The notes: generated by a model from the sequence alone, not told the origin. Counted from the first letter of the stretch, positions 29,822-40,865 are shown. The stretch is 64,000 nt of DNA from an uncultured delta proteobacterium (GCA_963815115.1 CAWFFN010000008.1:782177-846176), one strand, 5' to 3'. A program made the numbers and translations.

Positions 29822-30800
29822 ATGCGAATCGAAGACGGAACTCACGGATTTCGATCCGAGGATCGGTGCCATCCCGCGCCCCGCGGATCGACCCTCGCGG
29901 GTTCCATCGTCCTCGCCGCCAGGCTGCTTCTCGGCGGCGACGCCCGAGCAGTCCTCCTCCAGCCGGGCTTCGACCAGGTGTTCATCGACGACGTCGCCGG
30001 TCAGACCCGGGCCTGGGGCATCGCCGTCGCGGACTTCGACGACGACGGCATCGACATCGTCTCCGGCAATACGGCGGGAGACGTCCACCTCTACACCGGC
30101 AACGGCGACGGGACGTTCGTCGATCGCGGCGTCCGGATCCAACATGTCGTTCAACGACGCGTACGGTCTCGCCGCCGGGGGACTTCAACGGGCACGCCGA
30201 CTTCGTGCTGAGCCGCACGGGCGGCAGCGCGACGTCGACCACCGACGGCAACCTCCTCCTCTACCTCGGCAACGGCACGTTCCAGTCGACGGGCTTTCCC
30301 CAGCTCGGCCTTCTCGTCGGCGACGCTGGGACGGACGTCGTGACGCTCGCCGCGGCCGACGTGGACGCCGACGGCGACGTGAACCCAGTCGCCGGGCGAC
30401 GTCACCGCCGCGCCGACGTCGCGGTCTTCCGCAACGGCGACAACGACGCGCTCGGCTATCCGCTCTGGACCGCCTCGACGGTGATCTCGGCGGCCACTCT
30501 CTCGCCCCCCCCGAGCCGGAGCAGCCGCCCTACTTCCCCCCGACGAGCTTCCTGCAGGGCTCGCGTTCGGTGACGTCGACGGCGACGGCGACCCCGATCT
30601 GCTCGTGGGCGACCGGGCGAGCTACCTCTACGTCTACGCGAACGACGGCGCCGGCCGCTTCGCCGCGATCCGGTACGATCGCATCGGGACGCGACCCTTC
30701 GCCTTCGATCGCATCCACGAGACCTTCGCGACCCAGCTCCCCATCGCGACCGGCGATCTGAACGCCGACGGGCTCGTCGACTGCGTCACCCGCGCGACCG
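29822..30800 (+). pseudogene. FG-GAP/VCBS repeat secreted protein, frameshifted and truncated
   Basis: VADFDDDGIDIV, GNGDGTF, GDFNG, ADVDADGD, GDVDGDGDPDLL, GDLNADGLVD repeats in several frames. Confidence 0.65.
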
Positions 30801-31171
30801 GACAGATAGGGCGGACAATGCCAATGCCGGTCGGCCAGCGTGAAAGTGGCATTCTCATTGAGTGCCCCATCTTCAAGTCGCCCTCGTGACCCAGAACGTT
30901 TTCGGCGTCGTCGCGATCTGCGGCGCGGCGTCGGACACCTGCCTCACGTTCGGAGACGGGGGCACCCGGACCTGGCTCTGGCGCTCGGCCTCGCTCCATT
31001 GCGAGTCGACCTGGCACCGCCTGCGGACGGAAGCGGACGGCGGAGCGACCTGCGAGCTCTCGCTCGACGCCGGCTATCCGCGCGAGTGGCTCGATGCAGC
31101 TCCGCTCTGCTGGGACGAGCGGTGAGGCATCGCCACCCACCGCGACGGAGGCTGACCCCGGTCTGGGCGCC

Positions 31172-32056
31172 TCACGAGCGCGCGCGGATCTCGGCGACCG
31201 CGATTCGGTAGAAGGCGTAGCCACGCTGCGGCTCGGCGCCCTTGAGGTAGCGCGCGCGGTACTCGTCGGCGTTCAGGTCCTCGACCAGGCAGAGCCCACA
31301 CCGCTCGACGAAGGGCGCGACCTGCGGCGGGTGGAGGCCGAAGGTCCACGGCTCTCCGAGCTCGCGCACGTTGCGCATCATGTGCTCACCGCCGTCGAAG
31401 CGCGCGCTGCCATCGAGGAGCCCGCCGTGCACGTAGGTGAACACCACCGCGCTGCCCGCGGGGCCCCGACCGATCCACGACAGCACGGACACGACGGCAG
31501 CCTCGGTGAGGTAGTTCGTCACGCCCTCCCAGATGAAGAGCGTCGGAGCGCCCGCGTCCCAGCCCTCGGCGGCGAGGCGCTGCGCCGGATCGTCGCGCAG
31601 GAAGTCCACCGCCACGTAGTGCACGTCGCCGCGCACCGGCAGCGTCACCTGCCTCAGCCGGTCGCGCTTGTAGGCCTGCGTCTCGGCGCGATCGACCTCG
31701 TATACCGCCGCCTCCCGCAGCTCGGGCAGCCGGTGCGCGCGGCAGTCGAAGCCCGCGCCGAGCAGCACCACCTGCCGCACGCCCGCGGCGGCTCGCCGCC
31801 GCACCACCTCGTCGATGAAGCAGGTGCGCGCGATGGCAGAGGTGCGCGCCCCCGGAGCACGGCGGTCGGCGTAGCGCGTCAGTAGCCTCCGAAATGGCTT
31901 GAGCCGCGCGGCGCGCACCAGCATCGCCAGGTCGGCGGTGAGGAAGGCGGTCGCGAACGGGTCGCGGAACCGCGGCCTCGGAGCGCCCGTCTCCAGCGCC
32001 CGGTAGAGCGCCACGTACCGTGCGGTGCGGCTCACGCCGATGGTGCGTTCCGTCAC
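31172..32056 (-). CDS. SAM-dependent methyltransferase (LCM/TcmP-like)
   Basis: VSRTARYVALYRALE...DPFA, ARTCFIDE, QVVLLGAGFDCRA, YEVD, FIWEGVTNYL. Confidence 0.9.
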   Translation of the reverse strand: MTERTIGVSRTARYVALYRALETGAPRPRFRDPFATAFLTADLAMLVRAARLKPFRRLLTRYADRRAPGARTSAIARTCFIDEVVRRRAAAGVRQVVLLGAGFDCRAHRLPELREAAVYEVDRAETQAYKRDRLRQVTLPVRGDVHYVAVDFLRDDPAQRLAAEGWDAGAPTLFIWEGVTNYLTEAAVVSVLSWIGRGPAGSAVVFTYVHGGLLDGSARFDGGEHMMRNVRELGEPWTFGLHPPQVAPFVERCGLCLVEDLNADEYRARYLKGAEPQRGYAFYRIAVAEIRARS

Positions 32057-32450
32057 GGCGCAATCAAACCAGCCCTCGACTTGCCGAGGAAGAACGCGAC
32101 CGCGGCGCAGGGCAGCCCCGCCACCGCGGTGAGCACGATGACGCGCGAGCGGCGGGCCAGCCCCTCTTCGGTGCCGCGGTGGCGGGCGATGACGAGCCCC
32201 ACGCACACCGCGTTCGCCGCCACGGCGGCGAGGCCGAACGCGACCTTCACCGCCAGCGCGCCGTCGAGCACCCGCCCCCGGAGCAGCGCCGCGCCGCTGC
32301 CCACCACCGCCGCCAAGAGGGGCAGCTCGACGAACAGGTCCACGCAATAGTGCAGCGTCGCCACCGCCCGGCGCAGCTCGGGCCGCGCCCGGGCGAAGAG
32401 CTCGAGGACCGACTCCGCGAGCACCACCCCGCCCCAGAGCTCCAGCACAC
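32053..32450 (-). pseudogene. Membrane protein, 5' end lost at the junction with the toxin fragment
   Basis: Four hydrophobic segments; coupled to the methyltransferase by a GTGA overlap. Confidence 0.5.
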
Positions 32451-32611
32451 GAAATCTCCTCCGTGACCTGCGCCACCCCTCCTTGCGAGCCAAGAAGTAC
32501 GAGGAACGTACGGACGTCTGGCAAGCTCGGATCAACGACGACTGGCGCATGTATTTCACCATCGAAGGGGACGCCTACGTACTGCGAGCGATCACACCAC
32601 ACCCCAAGTAG
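32448..32611 (+). pseudogene. 3' two-thirds of a paralog of the RelE-type toxin at 14150..14395
   Basis: NLLRDLRHPSLRAKKYEERTDVWQARINDDWRMYFTIEGDAYVLRAITPHPK; protein nearly identical, many synonymous changes. Confidence 0.85.
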
Positions 32612-32730
32612 CTAGCTCGCGACATCTTCGTAGGGCTTCCCATACGAGCGCGGTCGCCAGCGATCCCGCGCCGCAGGCCTCACCGGCGCGTGGAATCAAT
32701 AGCTCATCACCGCCCGCCCATCCCTCGCAC

Positions 32731-33110
32731 ATGACACAGGCACGCCGCCCACCACGAGCCCACAGGTGGGAGTTCGCCGCGCGGTTTCGCCGCCACGCCT
32801 TCGGCTGGAGGTCGGCGCCCGCGATCGAGCGGGTTCGGCAGGCGGTGGCGGAGATCAAGGCCGTCGCGAGACGGGACGCCGTGCTGGCTGCCGACGGCGC
32901 GGTCGTGTTCCTCGAGCGCGTGTCGCCCGCGCTCGAGCAGGTGGACAGCTCCTCGGAGGCGATCGGCACCGCGGTCAACCAGGCGATCGCCAAGCTGGTG
33001 CGGGTGATCGCCGCCGCGCCCGCCGATGCCAGCCCCGACCCAAACCTGCGCGGGCACTTCCATGGGACATCGGCGTGTCTGAGCGCCCTCTACCGGGCCG
33101 GCGAGCAGCT
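32731..33110 (+). pseudogene. Conserved hypothetical island protein, internally deleted
   Basis: WEFAARFRRHAFGWRS...VFLERVSPALEQVDSSS.AIGTAV then jumps to FHGTSACLSAL. Confidence 0.45.
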
Positions 33111-33124
33111 TGATCTCGGCGAGG

Positions 33125-33673
33125 ATTGCCCGGGCCCTGCCTCAGCGGCATCCGGTGCGCCGTCCCGTTTTCTCCGTCTCGGGCGGGATCGTCCACCAGC
33201 CCGACCCGAAGTGGATCTGGTTCCCAACGCATCCCCAGAATCTCACCGCCGCGCCGGGCAGTGAGCAGCCGCGGCTTGTAGCTCGCCATCACGAGGGGAC
33301 GCTCCGCCTCGAACTCCTTCCAGAGCACGCCGATCTCGGACTCGGCGAGCACCCGGTCGCGGCGGTGCTCAGGCGCTGGCTGCGGCAGCCCGTGGCCGCT
33401 TTCACCTCCGCCGGGTCCGTCCCCTGGAAGACCTGGCTCATCACGGTCTTCGCCCGCGCTCGCGCGTCCGCGAGCGGCACATAGGGATACGGCCCGATGG
33501 TGACCCGGCGCACCCGACCGCGGAACCGGTACATGACGACCCACGACTTCCGCCCCGCCGGTGACACGCGCACGCCGGAGCCCGGCCAGCGCAGGTCGAA
33601 GTAGTCGACCTGACGGGATCGGATCGGGACGCAGCGCCTGCACGGTGCGATCGGTGAGTTTCCCGCGCGGCAT
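33125..33673 (-). pseudogene. P4-like tyrosine integrase remnant (arm-binding N-domain plus part of the catalytic domain)
   Basis: KLTDRTVQAL...DYFD...GVRVSPAGRKSWVVMYR...VTIGPYP.VPLADARARA...GTDP; RDRVLAESEI...LLTARRGGEILGMRW; internal deletion. Confidence 0.8.
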
Positions 33674-33910
33674 CTGTTACCTCCTGTTACCTTCGCCCGC
33701 TCGAGGCCGGAAAAGTCACACTGGCCTGCGGGGACGACCTGCGCCGAGGGTCTCGCGGCGGCGCTACGCCTGATGGCCGCGGGTAGCCTTCCGGCGTCGG
33801 TTTGCGTAACCTTCCCAGGCTCGATCCTTCCAACTCGACACTGCTCTATGGGTATGGATGGACGGATCCGTCTGACGCACGCGCGACGGCCGCGAAGCGA
33901 GCAGTAGACA

Positions 33911-35917
33911 ATGGCGAACCCACCAACTGAGAAGGCGCCGGCAGGTCCCGCTGGCGACGGGTCCAAGAGCTCGAAAGACACTGCTTCCGGCCAGCGGCGT
34001 ATGCTGCCGCCGCCCTGGTGGCTGATCTTCCTGGTCGTCATGACGGCCAACTACATGGTGATGCGAGTGCTCTCCCCGGAGCCATCCTCGGTTGCGGTCT
34101 CCTATACGTTCTTCAAGAGGCAGGTCGAGGCGGGCAATGTCGAGAGTGTCACCAGTGTGGGCGACTCGATCCGCGGTACCTTCAAGACGGAAGTCACCTA
34201 TCCACCCCAGGAGTCTCAGGCGCCGAGCGCCAAAGCGCCAGCGTCGCCTTCCTCGGATCAACCCAAGCCGCGCACGTCGATGCGGTTCAAGACGCAGCGG
34301 CCGGTCTTCGCCGACCCGGGTCTCGAACGGTTGCTCGAAGAGAAGGGCGTGGTGGTCGAGGCCGTGGATGAGAGTCGTTCATCCTGGTTCACGCTGTTGG
34401 TCGGCTTCGGTCCCACCCTGCTACTGATCGCTGCGTTCGTGTGGATCAGTCGCCGCGCCGCGGCGGCGGGTGGCGGGCTGTTCAGCCTCGGTCGCAGCCG
34501 CGCCAAGCGCTACAGTGAGGAGCAGCCGAAGGTCACCTTCGACGATGTCGCCGGCATCGACGAGGCCGAGAACGAGCTCGTCGAGATCGTCGACTTCCTG
34601 AAGAACCCGGCCAAGTACCAGCGGCTCGGCGGCACGGTGCCGAAGGGCGTGCTGCTGGTCGGTGCGCCCGGAACCGGCAAGACGCTGCTGGCGCGGGCGA
34701 TTGCCGGACAGGCGGGCGTCCCCTTCTTCAGTCTCAGCGCCTCCGAGTTCGTCGAGATGATCGTTGGCGTCGGCGCGTCGCGCGTACGCGACCTGTTCAG
34801 GCAGGCTCGAGAGGCCGCACCGTCGATCATCTTCATCGACGAGCTGGACGCCATCGGTCGCACGCGCGGCAGCGGCGCGCAGCTCGGCGGCCACGACGAG
34901 CGCGAACAGACATTGAACCAGATCCTGACCGAGATGGACGGCTTCGACTCTCGGGAAGGTGTCATTGTCCTGGCCGCCACCAACCGCGCCGACGTGCTGG
35001 ACCTCGCGCTGCTGCGACCGGGCCGCTTCGACCGCCGCGTCGTGGTGCAGCGTCCCGACCGTGCCGGCCGCGCCGCGATTCTCAAGGTGCACACGAAGAA
35101 CGTCCCATTGGCGCCGGATGTCTCTCTCGAGCGCATTGCCGCCGAGACGCCCGGTCTGGTGGGCGCCGAGCTGCGCAACTTGGTCAACGAGGCGGCTCTG
35201 CTGGCAGCGCGCAAGGACGCGAGCGCCGTCCGCGCCGAGGACTTTGCGGAAGCGATGGAGAAGATCACCCTCGGACCGGCCCGCAACATTTTGCTCAACC
35301 CGGTCGATCGGGAGCGTACCGCTTATCACGAGGCGGGCCACGCGCTGCTCGCACTTTTGCTGCCCCGCAGCGACCCGGTTCACCGCGTCTCGATCGTGCC
35401 GCGCGGCATGGCGCTGGGAGTGACGTATCAACTCCCCGTCGACGATCGTACCAGCTACGCCGAAGACTACCTGCGGGCGCGCATCACCAGCGCACTCGGC
35501 GGCCGGGCGGCCGAGAAGCTCGTCTATGGAGTGATGACGACGGGTGCCGAGAACGACCTCCAGCAGGTCACCGAGATTGCGCGTCACATGGTGCTGCGTT
35601 GGGGAATGAGTGAGAAGCTCGGCCCGATCAGCTTTGTCGCGCCCCAGGACGAGGGCTTGCCGCCGGCCTTCCAGCACCAGCCCTACAGCGAGGCCACCTC
35701 GGAGCTCATCGACGCCGAGGTCCGCCGTATCGTCGAGGAGAGTCACCGTGAAGCCGACCGGCTGCTGGCTGTGCACCGCGACAAGCTGGAGGCTCTCGCT
35801 CAGGCTCTCCTGAAAGCGGAATCCCTCAACGAGAAGGAGATCCGGGAAGTCACCGGCCTGACCGAGCCGCCCGGGCAGGAGGACACGTCCTCACGCCTCC
35901 ACGCGGGCAAGAGATAG
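33911..35917 (+). CDS. ftsH: ATP-dependent zinc metalloprotease FtsH
   Basis: Two TM segments; Walker A GAPGTGKT; Walker B IIFIDELD; [22 protein letters not shown]; HEAGH; [10 protein letters not shown]. Confidence 0.97.
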   Translation: MANPPTEKAPAGPAGDGSKSSKDTASGQRRMLPPPWWLIFLVVMTANYMVMRVLSPEPSSVAVSYTFFKRQVEAGNVESVTSVGDSIRGTFKTEVTYPPQESQAPSAKAPASPSSDQPKPRTSMRFKTQRPVFADPGLERLLEEKGVVVEAVDESRSSWFTLLVGFGPTLLLIAAFVWISRRAAAAGGGLFSLGRSRAKRYSEEQPKVTFDDVAGIDEAENELVEIVDFLKNPAKYQRLGGTVPKGVLLVGAPGTGKTLLARAIAGQAGVPFFSLSASEFVEMIVGVGASRVRDLFRQAREAAPSIIFIDELDAIGRTRGSGAQLGGHDEREQTLNQILTEMDGFDSREGVIVLAATNRADVLDLALLRPGRFDRRVVVQRPDRAGRAAILKVHTKNVPLAPDVSLERIAAETPGLVGAELRNLVNEAALLAARKDASAVRAEDFAEAMEKITLGPARNILLNPVDRERTAYHEAGHALLALLLPRSDPVHRVSIVPRGMALGVTYQLPVDDRTSYAEDYLRARITSALGGRAAEKLVYGVMTTGAENDLQQVTEIARHMVLRWGMSEKLGPISFVAPQDEGLPPAFQHQPYSEATSELIDAEVRRIVEESHREADRLLAVHRDKLEALAQALLKAESLNEKEIREVTGLTEPPGQEDTSSRLHAGKR

Positions 35918-36269
35918 CGCTATAGCGTCCCACCGCGATCGGTCCGCTCGCTCCACTCCGCGGGGAGTCGGCACCGCCATGCTCAACTACTGATAGCCCG
36001 TTCGCAACACGTAGAGCACGCCGTCGAGGGACCTGGCGTGCCGGAATCCAGGGGTGCCGCGCGAGCGCCGTAACTCCTCGCGAGGCAGCACGTGTTGCAC
36101 GATGAGCCAAAAAATGATCCGCGACCCGCCAGATCGTCTGTGTGTGCTGCCGCTCCTATCTCAGCCCAAGACCCCTGCTCCAGGCAGTGCGTGTGCGGGT
36201 TACCACAGGTCGCAAAACGGATCCACTCTTGAGCACGTGTCGGATAAGTTTTTCGGAGCGATTCTGAAG

Positions 36270-36821
36270 CGAGGGCGTACCGGCGTCGCCTGGGCAACGG
36301 GTGTGCTCCTGCTCGTGGCGGTCGGCGTCCCGCTCGCCATCCTCGGGCTACGCGACCGCGAACGAAGTCTGCCGCGCTGGCTCCAGCGCCTTCCGTGGGC
36401 TCACGAGGTGTTCGCAGCGATCGCCGACGCCCATCCCGGTGCAATCTTCGGCGGGACGCTGGCCCCGGAGACCGTGACGCTCCAGCTCGCGATCTTCGCA
36501 CTCGACGCGACCACGCTCGGGATCATGCTGCTCGCGATCGCAACACCGACCGACGCGGCGGTGGTCTTTGCGAGCTTCGTCGTCGCGTCGATGGTGGCTA
36601 CGCTCTCCTGGGTGCCTGGCGGGCTCGGGACCTTCGAGGGGACCTGCGTGGCCATGCTGCACGTACACGGCGTAGCGATCGAGGCGGCGCTGGCCGCCAC
36701 GCTCCTCGCGCGCGGCTTCACCTTCTGGCTTCCCATGGCGCCGGGCCTTGCAATTGCGCGGCGCGAGATGATGCGCGGGACGACCACCGCTGGGCCAACA
36801 ACCTGGGCGGAGACGCCGTGA
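36270..36821 (+). pseudogene. Lysylphosphatidylglycerol-synthase TM (flippase-like) domain, partial
   Basis: FASFVVASMVATLSWVPGGLGTFEG...AALAATLLARGFTFWLPM; no clear start; GTGA overlap with mgtA. Confidence 0.6.
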
Positions 36822-39361
36822 CAGGACCCGACACATCTCTCCACGGCTTTTGGGACAGGCCGCTGCGCGATCTGCTTGGACTGCTGCAGGCAACGCCGGC
36901 CGGCCTGAGTTCCGATGAGGCGACGCGGCGCCTGCGTCTCTATGGCCCCAACAGCCTTGTGCGCGAGTCGCGCTTTGCAGGGCCGATCGGTTTCCTCCGC
37001 TTCCTGGCCAATCCCCTCGTCATCATCCTTCTCGTAGCCAGCGTCATTACTCTCGCGCTCGGTGACAGGGTCGGCGGACTGATCATCATCTCGCTCGTCC
37101 TGTTCAGCGTGCTACTGAACTTCTTCATGGAGTTCCAGGCCCGACATGCGGTGGAGGAAATTCAGAAGCAGGTCGCCACAACGGCGGCCGTTGTGCGTGA
37201 CGGGCGAGAACAGGAACTGCCGATAGCGGAACTGGTCCGAGGGGACATCGTCAGGCTCGCTGCCGGAGACCTCGTGCCCGCGGACGCCCGTTTGTTGGAA
37301 ACAAAGGACCTGCACGTGCGTGAGTCGTCCCTCACTGGAGAGTCTTTGCCCGTCGAGAAGGCAGCCAAGGATCTTCCCGAGGGAAAGCACGGCGTTGCCG
37401 ACGCCAGCAACAGCGTCTTCCTGGGCACTGCCGTCCAGACAGGGATGGCCACCGCGGTCATCGTTTGCACAGGGACAGACACCGCTTTCGGCGCGATTGC
37501 CCAGCGCTTGGCGATGCGGCCGCCGGAGACCGAGTTCGGCCGTGGCATACGCCACTTCGGGCTGATGATCACACGGGTGATCATGCTGCTGGTGCTGTTC
37601 GTTCTGCTGGTCAACATCGTTTTCAAGCGCCCGCTGCTGGAGTCGTTTCTCTTCTCTGTCGCACTCGCAGTCGGGATGACACCTGAGATGATGCCGATGA
37701 TCATCACCGTCACCCTGGCGCAAGGCGCGCGGCGGATGGCGAGGAAGAAGGTCCTCGTCAAGCAACTGGCGGCCATTGAGGACTTCGGGAGCGTGGGAAT
37801 CCTGTGCAGCGACAAGACGGGCACACTGACCGACGGCGAAATCGTGCTCGATCGGCACGTGGATGTCCAAGGCACTGATGACGACAATATCCTGCGCTTC
37901 ATCTACCTGAACAGCTACTTCCAAGCGGGCCTCAAGAGTCCCTTGGACGACGCGATCTTGAAGCACGAGCACCCGGCCATCGTCGAGTACGAGAAGGTGG
38001 ACGAGATCCCGTTCGACTTCAACCGCAAACGCCTCTCGGTGGTGGTGCGACGAGGTAGCGAACATCTCCTGGTCACCAAAGGCGAGGCCGAGAGCGTCCT
38101 TGCCATCTGCGAGACGGTGACCATCGATGGGACTCCCCAGCCGTTCGACGACAGTCGCCGCGCTCGGGCCGCCGAGACCTTCCAAAAGCTGAGTGCCGAC
38201 GGGTATCGCACGCTGGGAGTCGCAGTGCGACGGGTGGCGAAGCAGGATGTCTACACCTCGGCGGCCGAGCAGGGCATGACGCTGGCCGGGTTCGCGGCCT
38301 TCCTCGACCCGCCCAAGGAGGGGATTCTCTCCGTCCTCGAGGCGCTGAAACAAAATGGCGTCGCCGTGGTCATCATGACCGGCGACAACCAGTATGTCAC
38401 CAAGAAGGTGGCGCACGACGTGGGTCTGGAAGCAGACCGCATCGTCACCGGGAACCAGATCGACACGATGGATGATGCCGCCCTGGCCTACCAGGCGGAG
38501 AACGGCGCCATCTTTGCCCGCGTGTCTCCGGAACAGAAAAACCGGGTCATCCTTTCCCTGAAGGCACGTGGGCACGTCGTCGGGTACATCGGTGACGGCA
38601 TCAACGACGCCCCGTCACTGCACACCGCAGATGTGGGAATTTCCGTCGTCAACGGCGTGGAGGTAGCGAAGGACGCCGCGAAGATCATTCTGCTCGAGAA
38701 GGATCTGGCGGTCTTGAACGACGGGGTCATCGAGGGGCGGCGCAGCTTCGCCAACATCATGAAGTACATCATCATGGGGACGAGCTCGAACTTCGGCAAC
38801 ATGTTCAGCATGGCCGCGGCATCGCTCTTCCTGCCATTCCTGCCTATGCTGCCGACTCAAATCCTGCTGAACAACTTGCTGTACGACGTCTCGCAGATCA
38901 CCATCCCCATCGACACCGTCGATGCCGCGCTCCTCCGCCAGCCCAAGCGATGGCAGATCGGGTTCATCCGCCAGTTCATGATGATCATCGGCCCGATCAG
39001 TTCGATCTACGACTTCCTCACGTTCGGCCTCCTGTTCTGGGTGTTCCAGGCATCCGCAAACCCGTCGCTCTTCCACACGGGATGGTTCGTGGAATCGCTG
39101 GCGACGCAGACGCTCGTCGTGTTCGTGATCCGGACCGCCGGCAACCCCTTCAAGAGCCGCCCGAGCTGGCCGCTGCTGATCGCGGTACTGACCGTCGTAG
39201 CCGTCGCGACCGGGCTGCCGTATACCCCGCTGCGGGATCCGCTGGGGTTCACCCCCTTGCCGCTTCTGCTCTTGGGAACGATCGCGCTTCTGACCCTCAC
39301 GTACCTCGTGCTGGTTCAGGTAGTGAAGACCTGGTTCTATCGGAGACACGCGTTGCTCTGA
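36818..39361 (+). CDS. mgtA: Magnesium-translocating P-type ATPase
   Basis: LTGES, VGMTPEMMP, CSDKTGTLT, PFDFNRKR, MTGDN, GDGINDAP, TSSNFGNMFS, GWFVESLATQ. Confidence 0.93.
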   Translation: MTGPDTSLHGFWDRPLRDLLGLLQATPAGLSSDEATRRLRLYGPNSLVRESRFAGPIGFLRFLANPLVIILLVASVITLALGDRVGGLIIISLVLFSVLLNFFMEFQARHAVEEIQKQVATTAAVVRDGREQELPIAELVRGDIVRLAAGDLVPADARLLETKDLHVRESSLTGESLPVEKAAKDLPEGKHGVADASNSVFLGTAVQTGMATAVIVCTGTDTAFGAIAQRLAMRPPETEFGRGIRHFGLMITRVIMLLVLFVLLVNIVFKRPLLESFLFSVALAVGMTPEMMPMIITVTLAQGARRMARKKVLVKQLAAIEDFGSVGILCSDKTGTLTDGEIVLDRHVDVQGTDDDNILRFIYLNSYFQAGLKSPLDDAILKHEHPAIVEYEKVDEIPFDFNRKRLSVVVRRGSEHLLVTKGEAESVLAICETVTIDGTPQPFDDSRRARAAETFQKLSADGYRTLGVAVRRVAKQDVYTSAAEQGMTLAGFAAFLDPPKEGILSVLEALKQNGVAVVIMTGDNQYVTKKVAHDVGLEADRIVTGNQIDTMDDAALAYQAENGAIFARVSPEQKNRVILSLKARGHVVGYIGDGINDAPSLHTADVGISVVNGVEVAKDAAKIILLEKDLAVLNDGVIEGRRSFANIMKYIIMGTSSNFGNMFSMAAASLFLPFLPMLPTQILLNNLLYDVSQITIPIDTVDAALLRQPKRWQIGFIRQFMMIIGPISSIYDFLTFGLLFWVFQASANPSLFHTGWFVESLATQTLVVFVIRTAGNPFKSRPSWPLLIAVLTVVAVATGLPYTPLRDPLGFTPLPLLLLGTIALLTLTYLVLVQVVKTWFYRRHALL

Positions 39362-39412
39362 ACGGATCGCACGGCCAGGACTGGCGCGCACGCCGGGCAG
39401 GCCCGGTGCGTC

Positions 39413-39952
39413 CTATGGGCGTCGTCTTGCTTTTGCGGCGGGCACCTTGCGGGGCTGCCAGCTCGCAAGCAGGGTCCGATCGTCCGACCACACGTAGGAC
39501 GTGCGGCCCCCGAAGGCCTTCTTCAGCTCGTGGGCGATCCGATGTGCGAGCTTCTGTGAGGTGGTGAGCACCTCGAGGACCTTTCCGCGGCGCTCGACCG
39601 ACACGACCCGCCGCTCGGGCTGCGTGAAGGCCGCGCGCGCAGCAACGTTCTGGATGCGGCGGCGGATGGCGTCTTCGTCCGCTGCGGCAGCGTCGCGGAT
39701 GAGGACTCTCCCGAAGTACTCCTCGCACCCCGTCTGCCGGCAGGCGGGACATACCACCCACCTGGCCCGGGCCAACAAAGCATCGCTGACCGCGTGGTTC
39801 CGTCGCCACGTTCGGCGCGAGAACGACGCTCCGCAGCGCTCGCACATCGCGGCCTCTCCCGGACGACCGGCCCTTGCCTCGACCGGGCGCACCTTCTCGC
39901 TTCGAGTGCCGCGGCGGTTGAGGCTCCGGATGAGGCCCTTGCCCTGATCCAT
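39413..39952 (-). CDS. BCAM0308-family / NMD3-like Zn-ribbon protein
   Basis: CERCGA...W...CPAC...G.V; EVLTTSQKLAHRIAHELKKAFGG...W. Confidence 0.75.
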   Translation of the reverse strand: MDQGKGLIRSLNRRGTRSEKVRPVEARAGRPGEAAMCERCGASFSRRTWRRNHAVSDALLARARWVVCPACRQTGCEEYFGRVLIRDAAAADEDAIRRRIQNVAARAAFTQPERRVVSVERRGKVLEVLTTSQKLAHRIAHELKKAFGGRTSYVWSDDRTLLASWQPRKVPAAKARRRP

Positions 39953-39970
39953 TCCGCCTACCCCAAGGCT

Positions 39971-40297
39971 TTAGCGCTTGGCCGTGTGATGCTGGGCGCT
40001 CGCTTCGGCCCGCGCGCCTCTCCGCTTGGCCGCTTCGGCCAGCAGCTCCGATGCCAGGGTTCCGACCTCCCGGTTGATCCCGCGGATCACATCGTAGATC
40101 GCCCCGATCGTGTGATCCCGCACGCGCCGCACTTCCTTGGCCGACCCTCTCAGCAGCTCGCTCTCTTCGAGCATCTTGAGCGGCAGGTCGGCGATCGACT
40201 TGTGTATCTCCTCGACCGTCGTCGCTCCCTTGTCGATGGCGTCCTGAATGAAGCTGGCCAGTGCCTTCCCTTTTTCACTGTGCCCTTCGGTGGTCAT
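39971..40297 (-). CDS. Small helical hypothetical protein
   Basis: RBS GGAGG; amphipathic IQDAIDKGATTVEEIHKSIADLP...IGAIYDVIRGIN. Confidence 0.7.
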   Translation of the reverse strand: MTTEGHSEKGKALASFIQDAIDKGATTVEEIHKSIADLPLKMLEESELLRGSAKEVRRVRDHTIGAIYDVIRGINREVGTLASELLAEAAKRRGARAEASAQHHTAKR

Positions 40298-40781
40298 GAC
40301 ATGTCCTCCCGCGCGCTAACGGAGCAACCGCCATGCCGCCCACCGACGTGAGGAGCCCGGCCCCTCTCCCGGCTCGACTTTCTCATCGGCGGGAACGATT
40401 ACCCATCTCCTTCGCGGGGCCGCGAAAAGCACACGAGCAATCAAGTCAACAGGGATCGGCTCTCAACGAAATTATCGACAGGCCATGGGCCACGTGGGCA
40501 GAAGGGACGGGAGGCCATGGACAGCCGGCACCTCTCACGGACAAGCACCCGTGGAGGCGGGAGCCATCGAGAAGCGTGAATCAGCGCTTGAGCGTTATCA
40601 GGGTCGCTTGCCACCCCGCCGCCCGCGCCGCCGCGAGCATCTCCGGCGCACCCTCCACCGGATCACCGTAGCGGTCTACGAGCGACGAGCGGTTCGTCGA
40701 AACCTGGGTGCACTACTGTCACGATCTCATGACCGGCACATCGACATGACAAAAATGGAACTCCGGGAAAGCCGGGGCTGT

Positions 40782-40865
40782 TTAGAATCGGCGATCCCAG
40801 AAATTCCCCTGCGCTACCCACTCGCCACCCGGCGGCCTCGAGGCGCTTCCTTGTCCGTACCGCAT
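40782..40865 (-). pseudogene. N-terminal fragment of an XRE/HigA-type antitoxin
   Basis: RKRLEAAGWRVGSAGEFLG; frameshift right after ATG; truncated. Confidence 0.5.
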
